A DNA stretch of 64,000 bases from positions 124,001 to 188,000 of the forward strand of contig JAJCTO010000009.1 of the NCBI GenBank assembly GCA_046563655.1. The letters are read 5' to 3'. This document shows positions 36,701 to 51,700 of the stretch, piece after piece (the stretch's first letter is position 1; the number at the start of each line of letters is the position of its first letter). Origin of the DNA: Yuukianura sp. NJ FZ-2021. Taxonomy: Eukaryota. The position numbers were made by a program, and so were the translations under genes. Under the pieces are notes generated by a model. That model was not told the DNA's origin. It did not search any database and saw only the letters and a program-made list of their open reading frames with translations.

Positions 36701-39700
36701 CCGGCACTTCTAGTTTGAGCTCAAGGATGGACGCTGACAACATGTTTTTCAACGTGTGATTTAGTCAGTTATGCATTACGACGAAGTGGACCGTTATTTG
36801 ATGAATACCAAGAATTTTGGTATGAGCGGTAACAAGGCATAAGTTCCATTTTTCACAACGTTTGACACCTTGTTGTATAGTTTCAACCCTAAGTTAAACC
36901 TAAATCGTAGTTAGACTTATGCACTTGTGGTATGGTGGAGCTGGGCTAAAATACAATTTCGGACTATTGTTGGGCAGAAGTTTTCAGACATGATCTATTT
37001 AATGTGCAAGTTGGTAGGAAATATAAAAAAGTATTTTCCAAAAATTGTATCCAGAAATGGCCAAAAATGCTGAATGTTCATTTTTGATTTAGAAAATGTA
37101 AGGGTCGGTTTTTCCCAGAAGTTCCATCGACGTGTGAGTTATCATGATTTATGATGTCAAAGTGAAAACTCATGGGTTGCATCTGAAATGAAGGCATGCT
37201 TGACACTTCACCGGCACTTCTAGTTTGAGCTCAAGGATGGACGCTGACAACATGTTTTTCAACGTGTGATTTAGTCAGTTATGCATTACGACGAAGTGGA
37301 CCGTTATTTGATGAATACCAAGAATTTTGGTATGAGCGGTAACAAGGCATAAGTTGCATTTTTCACAACGTTTAACACCTTGTTGTATAGTTTCAACCCT
37401 AAGTTAAACCTAAATCGTAGTTAGACTTATGCACTTGTGGTATGGTGGAGCTGGGCTAAAATACAATTTCGGACTATTGTTGGGCAGAAGTTTTCAGACA
37501 TGATCTATTTAATGTGCAAGTTGGTAGGAAATATAAAAAAGTATTTTCCAAAAATTGTATCCAGAAATGGCCAAAAATGCTGAATGTTCATTTTTGATTT
37601 AGAAAATGTAATAGTCGGTTTTTCCCTGAAGTTCGATTGAAGTGTGAGTTGTCATGATTCATGGTGTCAAAATGAGAACTCATCGTTTGCAGCTAAAGTG
37701 AAGGCATGCTTGACACTTTACCGGCACTTCTAGTTTGAGCTCAAGGATGGACGCTGACAACATGTTTTTCAACGTGTGATTTAGTCAGTTATGCAGTACG
37801 ACGAAGTGGACCGTTATTTGATGAATACCAAGAATTTTGGTATGAGCGGTAACAAGGCATAAGTTCCATTTTTCACAACGTTTAACACCTTGTTGTATAG
37901 TTTCAACCCTAAGTTAAACCTAAATCGTAGTTAGACTTATGCACTTGTGGTATAGTGGAGCTGGGCTAAAATACAATTTCGGACTATTGTTGGGCAGAAG
38001 TTTTCAGACATGATCTATTTAATGTGCAAGTTGGTAGGCAATATAAAAAAGTATTTTCCAAAAATTGTATCCAGAAATGGCCAAAAATGCTGAATGTTCA
38101 TTTTTGATTTAGAAAATGTAAGGGTCGGTTTTTCCCAGAAGTTCCATCGACGTGTGAGTTATCATGATTTATGATGTCAAAGTGAAAACTCATGGGTTGC
38201 ATCTGAAATGAAGGCATGCTTGACACTTCACCGGCACTTCTAGTTTGAGCTCAAGGATGGACGCTGACAACATGTTTTTCAACGTGTGATTTAGTCAGTT
38301 ATGCATTACGACGAAGTGGACCGTTACTTGATGAATACCAAGAATTTTGGTATGAGCGGTAACAAGGCATAAGTTCCATTTTTCACAACGTTTAACACCT
38401 TGTTGTATAGTTTCAACCCTAAGTTAAACCTAAATCGTAGTTAGACTTATGCACTTGTGGTATGGTGGAGCTGGGCTAAAATACAATTTCGGACTATTGT
38501 TGGGCAGAAGTTTTCAGACATGATCTATTTAGTGTGCAAGTTGGTAGGCAATATAAAAAAGTATTTTCCAAAAATTGTATCCAGAAATGGCCAAAAATGC
38601 TGAATGTTCATTTTTGATTTAGAAAATGTAAGGGTCGGTTTTTCCCAGAAGTTCCATCGACGTGTGAGTTGTCATGATTCATGGTGTCAAAATGAGAACT
38701 CATCGTTTACATGTAAAGTGAAGGCGTGCTTGACACTTTACCGGCACTTTTAGTCTAAGCTCAAGGATGGACGCTGACAACATGTTTTTCAACGTGTGAT
38801 TTAGTCAGTTATGCAGTACGACGAAGTGGACCGTTATTTGATGAATACCAAGAATTTTGGTATGAGCGGTAACAAGGCATAAGTTCCATTTTTCACAACG
38901 TTTAACACCTTGTTGTATAGTTTCAACCCTAAGTTAAACCTAAATCGTAGTTAGACTTATGCACTTGTGGTATGGTGGAGCTGGGCTAAAATACAATTTC
39001 GGACTATTGTTGGGCAGAAGTTTTCAGACATGATCTATTTAATGTGCAAGTTGGTAGGCAATATAAAAAAGTATTTTCCAAAAATTGTATCCAGAAATGG
39101 CCAAAAATGCTGAATGTTCATTTTTGATTTAGAAAATGTAAGGGTCGGTTTTTCCCAGAAGTTCCATCGACGTGTGAGTTATCATGATTTATGATGTCAA
39201 AGTGAAAACTCATGGGTTGCATCTGAAATGAAGGCATGCTTGACACTTCACCGGCACTTCTAGTTTGAGCTCAAGGATGGACGCTGACAACATGTTTTTC
39301 AACGTGTGATTTAGTCAGTTATGCATTACGACGAAGTGGACCGTTATTTGATGAATACCAAGAATTTTGGTATGAGCGGTAACAAGGCATAAGTTCCATT
39401 TTTCACAACGTTTGACACCTTGTTGTATAGTTTCAACCCTAAGTTAAACCTAAATCGTAGTTAGACTTATGCACTTGTGGTATGGTGGAGCTGGGCTAAA
39501 ATACAATTTCGGACTATTGTTGGGCAGAAGTTTTCAGACATGATCTATTTAATGTGCAAGTTGGTAGGAAATATAAAAAAGTATTTTCCAAAAATTGTAT
39601 CCAGAAATGGCCAAAAATGCTGAATGTTCATTTTTGATTTAGAAAATGTAAGGGTCGGTTTTTCCCAGAAGTTCCATCGACGTGTGAGTTATCATGATTT

Positions 39701-42700
39701 ATGATGTCAAAGTGAAAACTCATGGGTTGCATCTGAAGTGAAGGCATGCTTGACACTTTACCGGCACTTCTAGTTTAAGCTCAAGGATGGACGCTGCCAA
39801 CATGTTTTTCAACGTGTGATTTAGTCAGTTATGCATTACGACGAAGTGGACCGTTATTTGATGAATACCAAGAATTTTGGTATGAGCGGTAACAAGGCAT
39901 AAATTCCATTTTTCACAGCGTTTGACACCTTGTTGTATAGTTTCAACCCTAAGTTAAACCTAAATCGTAGTTAGACTTATGCACATGTGTTATGGTGGAG
40001 CTGTGCTAAAATACAGTTTCGGACTATTGTTGGGCAGAAGTTTTCAGACATGATCTATTTAATGTGCAAGTCGGTAGAAAATATTAAAAAGTATTTTCCA
40101 AAAATTTTATCCAAAAATGGCCAAAAATGCTGAATGTTCAATTTTGATTTAGAAAATGTAATAGTCGGTTTTTCCCTGAAGTTCGATTGAAGTGTGAGTT
40201 GTCATGATTCATGGTGTCAAAATGAAAACTCATGGGTTGCATCTGAAATGAAGGCATGCTTGACACTTCACCGGCACTTCTAGTTTGAGCTCAAGGATGG
40301 ACGCTGACAACATGTTTTTCAACGTGTGATTTAGTCAGTTATGCATTACGACGAAGTGGACCGTTACTTGATGAATACCAAGAATTTTGGTATGAGCGGT
40401 AACAAGGCATAAGTTCCATTTTTCACAACGTTTAACACCTTGTTGTATAGTTTCAACCCTAAGTTAAACCTAAATCGTAGTTAGACTTATGCACTTGTGG
40501 TATGGTGGAGCTGGGCTAAAATACAATTTCGGACTATTGTTGGGCAGAAGTTTTCAGACATGATCTATTTAGTGTGCAAGTAGGTAGGCAATATAAAAAA
40601 GTATTTTCCAAAAATTGTATCCAGAAATGGCCAAAAATGCTGAATGTTCATTTTTGATTTAGAAAATGTAAGGGTCGGTTTTTCCCAGAAGTTCCATCGA
40701 CGTGTGAGTTGTCATGATTCATGGTGTCAAAATGAGAACTCATCGTTTACATGTAAAGTGAAGGCGTGCTTGACACTTTACCGGCACTTCTAGTCTAAGC
40801 TCAAGGATGGACGCTGACAACATGTTTTTCAACGTGTGATTTAGTCAGTTATGCAGTACGACGAAGTGGACCGTTATTTGAAGAATACCAAGAATTTTGG
40901 TATGAGCGGTAACAAGGCATAAGTTCCATTTTTCACAACGTTTAACACCTTGTTGTATAGTTTCAACCCTAAGTTAAACCTAAATCGTAGTTAGACTTAT
41001 GCACTTGTGGTATGGTGGAGCTGGGCTAAAATACAATTTCGGACTATTGTTGGGCAGAAGTTTTCAGACATGATCTATTTAATGTGCAAGTTGGTAGGCA
41101 ATATAAAAAAGTATTTTCCAAAAATTGTATCCAGAAATGGCCAAAAATGCTGAATGTTCATTTTTGATTTAGAAAATGTAAGGGTCGGTTTTTCCCAGAA
41201 GTTCCATCGACGTGTGAGTTATCATGATTTATGATGTCAAAGTGAAAACTCATGGGTTGCATCTGAAATGAAGGCATGCTTGACACTTCACCGGCACTTC
41301 TAGTTTGAGCTCAAGGATGGACGCTGACAACATGTTTTTCAACGTGTGATTTAGTCAGTTATGCATTACGACGAAGTGGACCGTTATTTGATGAATACCA
41401 AGAATTTTGGTATGAGCGGTAACAAGGCATAAGTTCCATTTTTCACAACGTTTGACACCTTGTTGTATAGTTTCAACCCTAAGTTAAACCTAAATCGTAG
41501 TTAGACTTATGCACTTGTGGTATGGTGGAGCTGGGCTAAAATACAATTTCGGACTATTGTTGGGCAGAAGTTTTCAGACATGATCTATTTAATGTGCAAG
41601 TTGGTAGGAAATATAAAAAATATTTTCCAAAAATTGTATCCAGAAATGGCCAAAAATGCTGAATGTTCATTTTTGATTTAGAAAATGTAAGGGTCGGTTT
41701 TTCCCAGAAGTTCCATCGACGTGTGAGTTATCATGATTTATGATGTCAAAGTGAAAACTCATGGGTTGCATCTGAAGTGAAGGCATGCTTGACACTTTAC
41801 CGGCACTTCTAGTTTAAGCTCAAGGATGGACGCTGACAACATGTTTTTCAACGTGTGATTTAGTCAGTTATGCATTACGACGATGTGGACCGTTATTTGA
41901 TGAATACCAAGAATTTTGGTATGAGCGGTAACAAGGCATAAGTTCCATTTTTCACAACGTTTAACACCTTGTTGTATAGTTTCAACCCTAAGTTAAACCT
42001 AAATCGTAGTTAGACTTATGCACTTGTGGTATGGTGGAGCTGGGCTAAAATACAATTTCGGACTATTGTTGGGCAGAAGTTTTCAGACATGATCTATTTA
42101 ATGTGCAAGTTGGTAGGCAATATAAAAAAGTATTTTCCAAAAATTGTATCCAGAAATGGCCAAAAATGCTGAATGTTCATTTTTGATTTAGAAAATGTAA
42201 GGGTCGGTTTTTCCCAGAAGTTCCATCGACGTGTGAGTTATCATGATTTATGATGTCAAAGTGAAAACTCATGGGTTGCATCTGAAATGAAGGCATGCTT
42301 GACACTTCACCGGCACTTCTAGTTTGAGCTCAAGGATGGACGCTGACAACATGTTTTTCAACGTGTGATTTAGTCAGTTATGCATTACGACGAAGTGGAC
42401 CGTTATTTGATGAATACCAAGAATTTTGGTATGAGCGGTAACAAGGCATAAGTTCCATTTTTCACAACGTTTAACACCTTGTTGTATAGTTTCAACCCTA
42501 AGTTAAACCTAAATCGTAGTTAGACTTATGCACTTGTGGTATGGTGGAGCTGGGCTAAAATACAATTTCGGACTATTGTTGGGCAGAAGTTTTCAGACAT
42601 GATCTATTTAATGTGCAAGTTGGTAGGAAATATAAAAAAGTATTTTCCAAAAATTGTATCCAGAAATGGCCAAAAATGCTGAATGTTCATTTTTGATTTA

Positions 42701-45700
42701 GAAAATGTAAGGGTCGGTTTTTCCCAGAAGTTCCATCGACGTGTGAGTTATCATGATTTATGATGTCAAAGTGAAAACTCATGGGTTGCATCTGAAATGA
42801 AGGCATGCTTGACACTTTACCGGCACTTCTAGTTTAAGCTCAAGGATGGACGCTGCCAACATGTTTTTCAACGTGTGATTTAGTCAGTTATGCATTACGA
42901 CGAAGTGGACCGTTATTTGATGAATACCAAGAATTTTGGTATGAGCGGTAACAAGGCATAAATTCCATTTTTCACAACGTTTAACACCTTGTTGTATAGT
43001 TTCAACCCTAAGTTAAACCTAAATCGTAGTTAGACTTATGCACTTGTGGTATGGTGGAGCTGGGCTAAAATACAATTTCGGACTATTGTTGGGCAGAAGT
43101 TTTCAGACATGATCTATTTAATGTGCAAGTTGGTAGGCAATATAAAAAAGTATTTTCCAAAAATTGTATCCAGAAATGGCCAAAAATGCTGAATGTTCAT
43201 TTTTGATTTAGAAAATGTAAGGGTCGGTTTTTCCCAGAAGTTCCATCGACGTGTGAGTTATCATGATTTATGATGTCAAAGTGAAAACTCATGGGTTGCA
43301 TCTGAAGTGAAGGCATGCTTGACACTTTACCGGCACTTCTAGTTTAAGCTCAAGGATGGACGCTGACAACATGTTTTTCAACGTGTGATTTAGTCAGTTA
43401 TGCATTACGACGAAGTGGACCGTTATTTGATGAATACCAAGAATTTTGGTATGAGCGGTAACAAGGCATAAATTCCATTTTTCACAGCGTTTGACACCTT
43501 GTTGTATAGTTTCAACCCTAAGTTAAACCTAAATCGTAGTTAGACTTATGCACATGTGGTATGGTGGAGCTGTGCTAAAATACAATTTCGGACTATTGTT
43601 GGGCAGAAGTTTTCAGACATGATCTATTTAATGTGCAAGTCGGTAGAAAATATTAAAAAGTATTTTCCAAAAATTTTATCCAAAAATGGCCAAAAATGCT
43701 GAATGTTCAATTTTGATTTAGAAAATGTAATAGTCGGTTTTTCCCTGAAGTTCGATTGAAGTGTGAGTTGTCATGATTCATGGTGTCAAAATGAGAACTC
43801 ATCGTTTGCAGCTAAAGTGAAGGCATGCTTGACACTTTACCGGCACTTCTAGTTTGAGCTCAAGGATGGACGCTGACAACATGTTTTTCAACGTGTGATT
43901 TAGTCAGTTATGCATTACGACGAAGTGGACCGTTATTTGATGAATACCAAGAATTTTGGTATGAGCGGTAACAAGGCATAAGTTCCATTTTTCACAACGT
44001 TTAACACCTTGTTGTATAGTTTCAACCCTAAGTTAAACCTAAATCGTAGTTAGACTTATGCACTTGTGGTATGGTGGAGCTGGGCTAAAATACAATTTCG
44101 GACTATTGTTGGGCAGAAGTTTTCAGACATGATCTATTTAATGTGCAAGTTGGTAGGCAATATAAAAAAGTATTTTCCAAAAATTGTATCCAGAAATGGC
44201 CAAAAATGCTGAATGTTCATTTTTGATTTAGAAAATGTAAGGGTCGGTTTTTCCCAGAAGTTCCATCGACGTGTGAGTTATCATGATTTATGATGTCAAA
44301 GTGAAAACTCATGGGTTGCATCTGAAGTGAAGGCATGCTTGACACTTTACCGGCACTTCTAGTTTAAGCTCAAGGATGGACGCTGACAACATGTTTTTCA
44401 ACGTGTGATTTAGTCAGTTATGCATTACGACGAAGTGGACCGTTATTTGATGAATACCAAGAATTTTGGTATGAGCGGTAACAAGGCATAAATTCCATTT
44501 TTCACAACGTTTGACACCTTGTTGTATAGTTTCAACCCTAAGTTAAACCTAAATCGTAGTTAGACTTATGCACTTGTGGTATGGTGGAGCTGCGCTAAAA
44601 TACAATTTCGGACTATTGTTGGGCGGAAGTTTTCAGACATGATCTATTTAATGTGCAAGTTGGTAGAAAATATTAAAAAGTATTTTCCAAAAATTTTATC
44701 CAAAAATCGCCAAAAATGCTGAATGTTCAATTTTGATTTAGAAAATGTAATAGTCGGTTTTTCCCTGAAGTTCGATTGAAGTGTGAGTTGTCATGATTCA
44801 TGGTGTCAAAATGAGAACTCATCGTTTGCATCTAAAGTGAAGGCATGCTTGACACTTTACCGGCACTTCTAGTTTAAGCTCAAGGATGGACGCTGACAAC
44901 ATGTTTTTCAACGTGTGATTTAGTCAGTTATGCATTACGACGAAGTGGACCGTTATTTGATGAATACCAAGAATTTTGGTATGAGCGGTAACAAGGCATA
45001 AGTTCCATTTTTCACAGCGTTTGAACACCTTGTTGTATAGTTTCAACCCTAAGTTAAACCTAAATCGTAGTTAGACTTATGCACTTGTGGTATGGTGGAG
45101 CTGTGCTAAAATACAATTTCGGACTATTGTTGGGCAGAAGTTTTCAGACATGATCTATTTAATGTGCAAGGCGGTAGAAAATATTAAAAAGTATTTTCCA
45201 AAAATTTTATCCAAAAATGGCCAAAAATGCTGAATGTTCAATTTTGATTTAGAAAATGTAAGGGTCGGTTTTTCCCAGAAGTTCCATCGACGTGTGAGTT
45301 ATCATGATTTATGATGTCAAAGTGAAAACTCATGGGTTGCATCTGAAGTGAAGGCATGCTTGACACTTTACCGGCACTTCTAGTTTAGGCTCAAGGATGG
45401 ACGCTGACAACATGTTTTTCAACGTGTGATTTAGTCAGTTATGCATTACGACGAAGTGGACCGTTATTTGATGAATACCAAGAATTTTGGTATGAGCGGT
45501 AACAAGGCATAAATTCCATTTTTCACAACGTTTAACACCTTGTTGTATAGTTTCAACCCTAAGTTAAACCTAAATCGTAGTTAGACTTATGCACATGTGG
45601 TATGGTGGAGCTGTGCTAAAATACAATTTCGGACTATTGTTGGGCAGAAATTTTCAGACATGATCTATTTAATGTGCAAGTTGGTAGGAAATATAAAAAA

Positions 45701-48700
45701 GTATTTTCCAAAAATTGTATCCAGAAATGGCCAAAAATGCTGAATGTTCATTTTTGATTTAGAAAATGTAATAGTCGGTTTTTCCCTGAAGTTCGATTGA
45801 AGTGTGAGTTGTCATGATTCATGATGTCAAAGTGAAAACTCATCGTTTGCATCTAAAGTGAAGGCATGCTTGACACTTTACCGGCACTTCTAGTTTAGGC
45901 TCAAGGATGGACGCTGATAACATGTTTTTCAACGTGTGATTTAGTCAGTTATGCATTACGACGAAGTGGACCGTTATTTGATGAATACCAAGAATTTTGG
46001 TATGAGCGGTAACAAGGCATAAATTCCATTTTTCACAACGTTTAACACCTTGTTGTATAGTTTCAACACTAAGTTAAACCTAAATCGTAGTTAGACTTAT
46101 GCACATGTGGTATGGTGGAGCTGTGCTAAAATACAATTTCGGACTATTGTTGGGCAGAAGTTTTCAGACATGATCTATTTAATGTGCAAGGCGGTAGAAA
46201 ATATTAAAAAGTATTTTCCAAAAATTTTATCCAAAAATGGCCAAAAATGCTGAATGTTCAATTTTGATTTAGAAAATGTAATAGTCGGTTTTTCCCTGAA
46301 GTTCGATTGAAGTGTGAGTTGTCATGATTCATGGTGTCAAAATGAGAACTCATCGTTTGCATCTAAAGTGAAGGCATGCTTGACACTTTACCGGCACTTC
46401 TAGTTTAAGCTCAAGGATGGACGCTGCCAACATGTTTTTCAACGTGTGATTTAGTCAGTTATGCATTACGACGAAGTGGACCGTTATTTGATGAATACCA
46501 AGAATTTTGGTATGAGCGGTAACAAGGCATAAATTCCATTTTTCACAGCGTTTGACACCTTGTTGTATAGTTTCAACCCTAAGTTAAACCTAAATCGTAG
46601 TTAGACTTATGCACATGGTATGGTGGAGCTGTGCTAAAATACAATTTCGGACTATTGTTGGGCAGAAGTTTTCAGACATGATCTATTTAATGTGCAAGTC
46701 GGTAGAAAATATTAAAAAGTATTTTCCAAAAATTTTATCCAAAAATGGCCAAAAATGCTGAATGTTCAATTTTGATTTAGAAAATGTAATAGTCGGTTTT
46801 TCCCTGAAGTTCGATTGAAGTGTGAGTTGTCATGATTCATGGTGTCAAAATGAGAACTCATCGTTTGCAGCTAAAGTGAAGGCATGCTTGACACTTTACC
46901 GGCACTTCTAGTTTAAGCTCAAGGATGGACGCTGACAACATGTTTTTCAACGTGTGATTTAGTCAGTTATGCATTACGACGAAGTGGACCGTTATTTGAT
47001 GAATACCAAGAATTTTGGTATGAGCGGTAACAAGGCATAAGTTCCATTTTTCACAACGTTTAACACCTTGTTGTATAGTTTCAACCCTAAGTTAAACCTA
47101 AATCGTAGTTAGACTTATGCACTTGTGGTATGGTGGAGCTGGGCTAAAATACAATTTCGGACTATTGTTGGGCAGAAGTTTTCAGACATGATCTATTTAA
47201 TGTGCAAGTTGGTAGGAAATATAAAAAAGTATTTTCCAAAAATTGTATCCAGAAATGGCCAAAAATGCTGAATGTTCATTTTTGATTTAGAAAATGTAAG
47301 GGTCGGTTTTTCCCAGAAGTTCCATCGACGTGTGAGTTATCATGATTTATGATGTCAAAGTGAAAACTCATGGGTTGCATCTGAAGTGAAGGCATGCTTG
47401 ACACTTTACCGGCACTTCTAGTTTAAGCTCAAGGATGGACGCTGCCAACATGTTTTTCAACGTGTGATTTAGTCAGTTATGCATTACGACGAAGTGGACC
47501 GTTATTTGATGAATACCAAGAATTTTGGTATGAGCGGTAACAAGGCATAAGTTCCATTTTTCACAACGTTTGACACCTTGTTGTATAGTTTCAACCCTAA
47601 GTTAAACCTAAATCGTAGTTAGACTTATGCACTTGTGGTATGGTGGAGCTGTGCTAAAATACAATTTCGGACTATTGTTGGGCAGAAGTTTTCAGACATG
47701 ATCTATTTAATGTGCAAGTCGGTAGAAAATATTAAAAAGTATTTTCCAAAAATTTTATCCAAAAATGGCCAAAAATGCTGAATGTTCAATTTTGATTTAG
47801 AAAATGTAATAGTCGGTTTTTCCCTGAAGTTCGATTGAAGTGTGAGTTGTCATGATTCATGGTGTCAAAATGAGAACTCATCGTTTGCAGCTAAAGTGAA
47901 GGCATGCTTGACACTTTACCGGCACTTCTAGTTTAAGCTCAAGGATGGACGCTGACAACATGTTTTTCAACGTGTGATTTAGTCAGTTATGCATTACGAC
48001 GAAGTGGACCGTTATTTGATGAATACCAAGAATTTTTGTATAAGCGGTAAAAAGGCATAAGTTCCATTTTTCACAGCGTTTGACACCTTGTTGTATAGTT
48101 TCAACCCTAAGTTAAACCTAAATCGTAGTTAGACTTATGCACATGTGGTATGGTGGAGCTGTGCTAAAATACAATTTCGGACTATTGTTGGGCAGAAGTT
48201 TTCAGACATGATCTATTTAATGTGCAAGGCGGTAGAAAATATTAAAAAGTATTTTCCAAAAATTTTATCCAAAAATGGCCAAAAATGCTGAATGTTCAAT
48301 TTTGATTTAGAAAATGTAAGGGTCGGTTTTTCCCAGAAGTTCCATCGACGTGTGAGTTATCATGATTTATGATGTCAAAGTGAAAACTCATGGGTTGCAT
48401 CTGAAGTGAAGGCATGCTTGACACTTTACCGGCACTTCTAGTTTAGGCTCAAGGATGGACGCTGACAACATGTTTTTCAACGTGTAATTTAGTCAGTTAT
48501 GCATTACGACGAAGTGGACCGTTATTTGATGAATACCAAGAATTTTGGTATGAGCGGTAACAAGGCATAAATTCCATTTTTCACAACGTTTAACACCTTG
48601 TTGTATAGTTTCAACCCTAAGTTAAACCTAAATCGTAGTTAGACTTATGCACATGTGGTATGGTGGAGCTGTGCTAAAATACAATTTCGGACTATTGTTG

Positions 48701-51700
48701 GGCAGAAATTTTCAGACATGATCTATTTAATGTGCAAGTTGGTAGGAAATATAAAAAAGTATTTTCCAAAAATTGTATCCAGAAATGGCCAAAAATGCTG
48801 AATGTTCATTTTTGATTTAGAAAATGTAATAGTCGGTTTTTCCCTGAAGTTCGATTGAAGTGTGAGTTGTCATGATTCATGATGTCAAAGTGAAAACTCA
48901 TCGTTTGCATCTAAAGTGAAGGCATGCTTGACACTTTACCGGCACTTCTAGTTTAGGCTCAAGGATGGACGCTGATAACATGTTTTTCAACGTGTGATTT
49001 AGTCAGTTATGCATTACGACGAAGTGGACCGTTATTTGATGAATACCAAGAATTTTGGTATGAGCGGTAACAAGGCATAAATTCCATTTTTCACAACGTT
49101 TAACACCTTGTTGTATAGTTTCAACCCTAAGTTAAACCTAAATCGTAGTTAGACTTATGCACATGTGGTATGGTGGAGCTGTGCTAAAATACAATTTCGG
49201 ACTATTGTTGGGCAGAAGTTTTCAGACATGATCTATTTAATGTGCAAGGCGGTAGAAAATATTAAAAAGTATTTTCCAAAAATTTTATCCAAAAATGGCC
49301 AAAAATGCTGAATGTTCAATTTTGATTTAGAAAATGTAATAGTCGGTTTTTCCCTGAAGTTCGATTGAAGTGTGAGTTGTCATGATTCATGATGTCAAAA
49401 TGAGAACTCATCGTTTGCATCTAAAGTGAAGGCATGCTTGACACTTTACCGGCACTTCTAGTTTAGGCTCAAGGATGGACGCTGACAACATGTTTTTCAA
49501 CGTGTGATTTAGTCAGTTATGCATTACGACGAAGTGGACCGTTATTTGATGAATACCAAGAATTTTGGTATGAGCGGTAACAAGGCATAAGTTCCATTTT
49601 TCACAACGTTTGACACCTTGTTGTATAGTTTCAACCCTAAGTTAAACCTAAATCGTAGTTAGACTTATGCACTTGTGGTATGGTGGAGCTGTGCTAAAAT
49701 ACAATTTCGGACTATTGTTGGGCAGAAGTTTTCAGACATGATCTATTTAATGTGCAAGTCGGTAGAAAATATTAAAAAGTATTTTCCAAAAATTTTATCC
49801 AAAAATGGCCAAAAATGCTGAATGTTCAATTTTGATTTAGAAAATGTAATAGTCGGTTTTTCCCTGAAGTTCGATTGAAGTGTGAGTTGTCATGATTCAT
49901 GGTGTCAAAATGAGAACTCATCGTTTGCATCTAAAGTGAAGGCATGCTTGACACTTTACCGGCACTTCTAGTTTAAGCTCAAGGATGGAGGCTGACAACA
50001 TGTTTTTCAACGTGTGATTTAGTCAGTTATGCACTACGACGAAGTGGACCGTTATTTGATGAATACCAAGAATTTTTGTATAAGCGGTAAAAAGGCATAA
50101 GTTCCATTTTTCACAACATTTAACACCTTGTTGTATAGTTTCAACCCTAAGTTAAACCTAAATCGTAGTTAGACTTATGCACTTGTGGTATGGTGGAGCT
50201 GTGCTAAAATACAATTTCGGACTATTGTTGGGCAGAAGTTTTCAGACATGATCTATTTAATGTGCAAGTGGGTAGAAAATATTAAAAAGTATTTTCCAAA
50301 AATTTTATCCAAAAATGGCCAAAAATGCTGAATGTTCAATTTTGATTTAGAAAATGTAATAGTCGGTTTTTCCCTGAAGTTCGATTGAAGTGTGAGTTGT
50401 CATGATTCATGGTGTCAAAATGAGAACTCATCGTTTGCATCTAAAGTGAAGGCATGCTTGACACTTTACCGGCACTTCTAGTTTAAGCTCAAGGATGGAG
50501 GCTGACAACATGTTTTTCAACGTGTGATTTAGTCAGTTATGCACTACGACGAAGTGGACCGTTATTTGATGAATACCAAGAATTTTTGTATAAGCGGTAA
50601 AAAGGCATAAGTTCCATTTTTCACAACATTTAACACCTTGTTGTATAGTTTCAACCCTAAGTTTAAACCTAAATCGTAGTTAGACTTATGCACTTGTGGT
50701 ATGGTGGAGCTGTGCTAAAATACAATTTCGGACTATTGTTGGGCAGAAGTTTTCAGACATGATCTATTTAATGTGCAAGTCGGTAGAAAATATTAAAAAG
50801 TATTTTCCAAAAATTTTATCCAAAAATGGCCAAAAATGCTGAATCTTCAATTTTGATTTAGAAAATGTAATAGTCGGTTTTTCCCTGAAGTTCGATTGAA
50901 GTGTGAGTTGTCATGATTCATGGTGTCAAAATGAGAACTCATTGTTTGCATCTAAAGTGAAGGCATGCTTGACACTTTACCGGCACTTCTAGTTTAAGCT
51001 CAAGGATGGAGGCTGACAACATGTTTTTCAACGTGTGATTTAGTCAGTTATGCACTACGACGAAGTGGACCGTTATTTGATGAATACCAAGAATTTTTGT
51101 ATAAGCGGTAAAAAGGCATAAGTTCCATTTTTCACAACATTTAACACCTTGTTGTATAGTTTCAACCCTAAGTTAAACCTAAATCGTAGTTAGACTTATG
51201 CACTTGTGGTATGGTGGAGCTGTGCTAAAATACAATTTCGGACTATTGTTGGGCAGAAGTTTTCAGACATGATCTATTTAATGTGCAAGTGGGTAGAAAA
51301 TATTAAAAAGTATTTTCCAAAAATTTTATCCAAAAATGGCCAAAAATGCTGAATGTTCAATTTTGATTTAGAAAATGTAATAGTCGGTTTTTCCCTGAAG
51401 TTCGATTGAAGTGTGAGTTGTCATGATTCATGGTGTCAAAATGAGAACTCATCGTTTGCATCTAAAGTGAAGGCATGCTTGACACTTTACCGGCACTTCT
51501 AGTTTAAGCTCAAGGATGGAGGCTGACAACATGTTTTTCAACGTGTGATTTAGTCAGTTATGCACTACGACGAAGTGGACCGTTATTTGATGAATACCAA
51601 GAATTTTTGTATAAGCGGTAAAAAGGCATAAGTTCCATTTTTCACAACATTTAACACCTTGTTGTATAGTTTCAACCCTAAGTTTAACCTAAATCGTAGT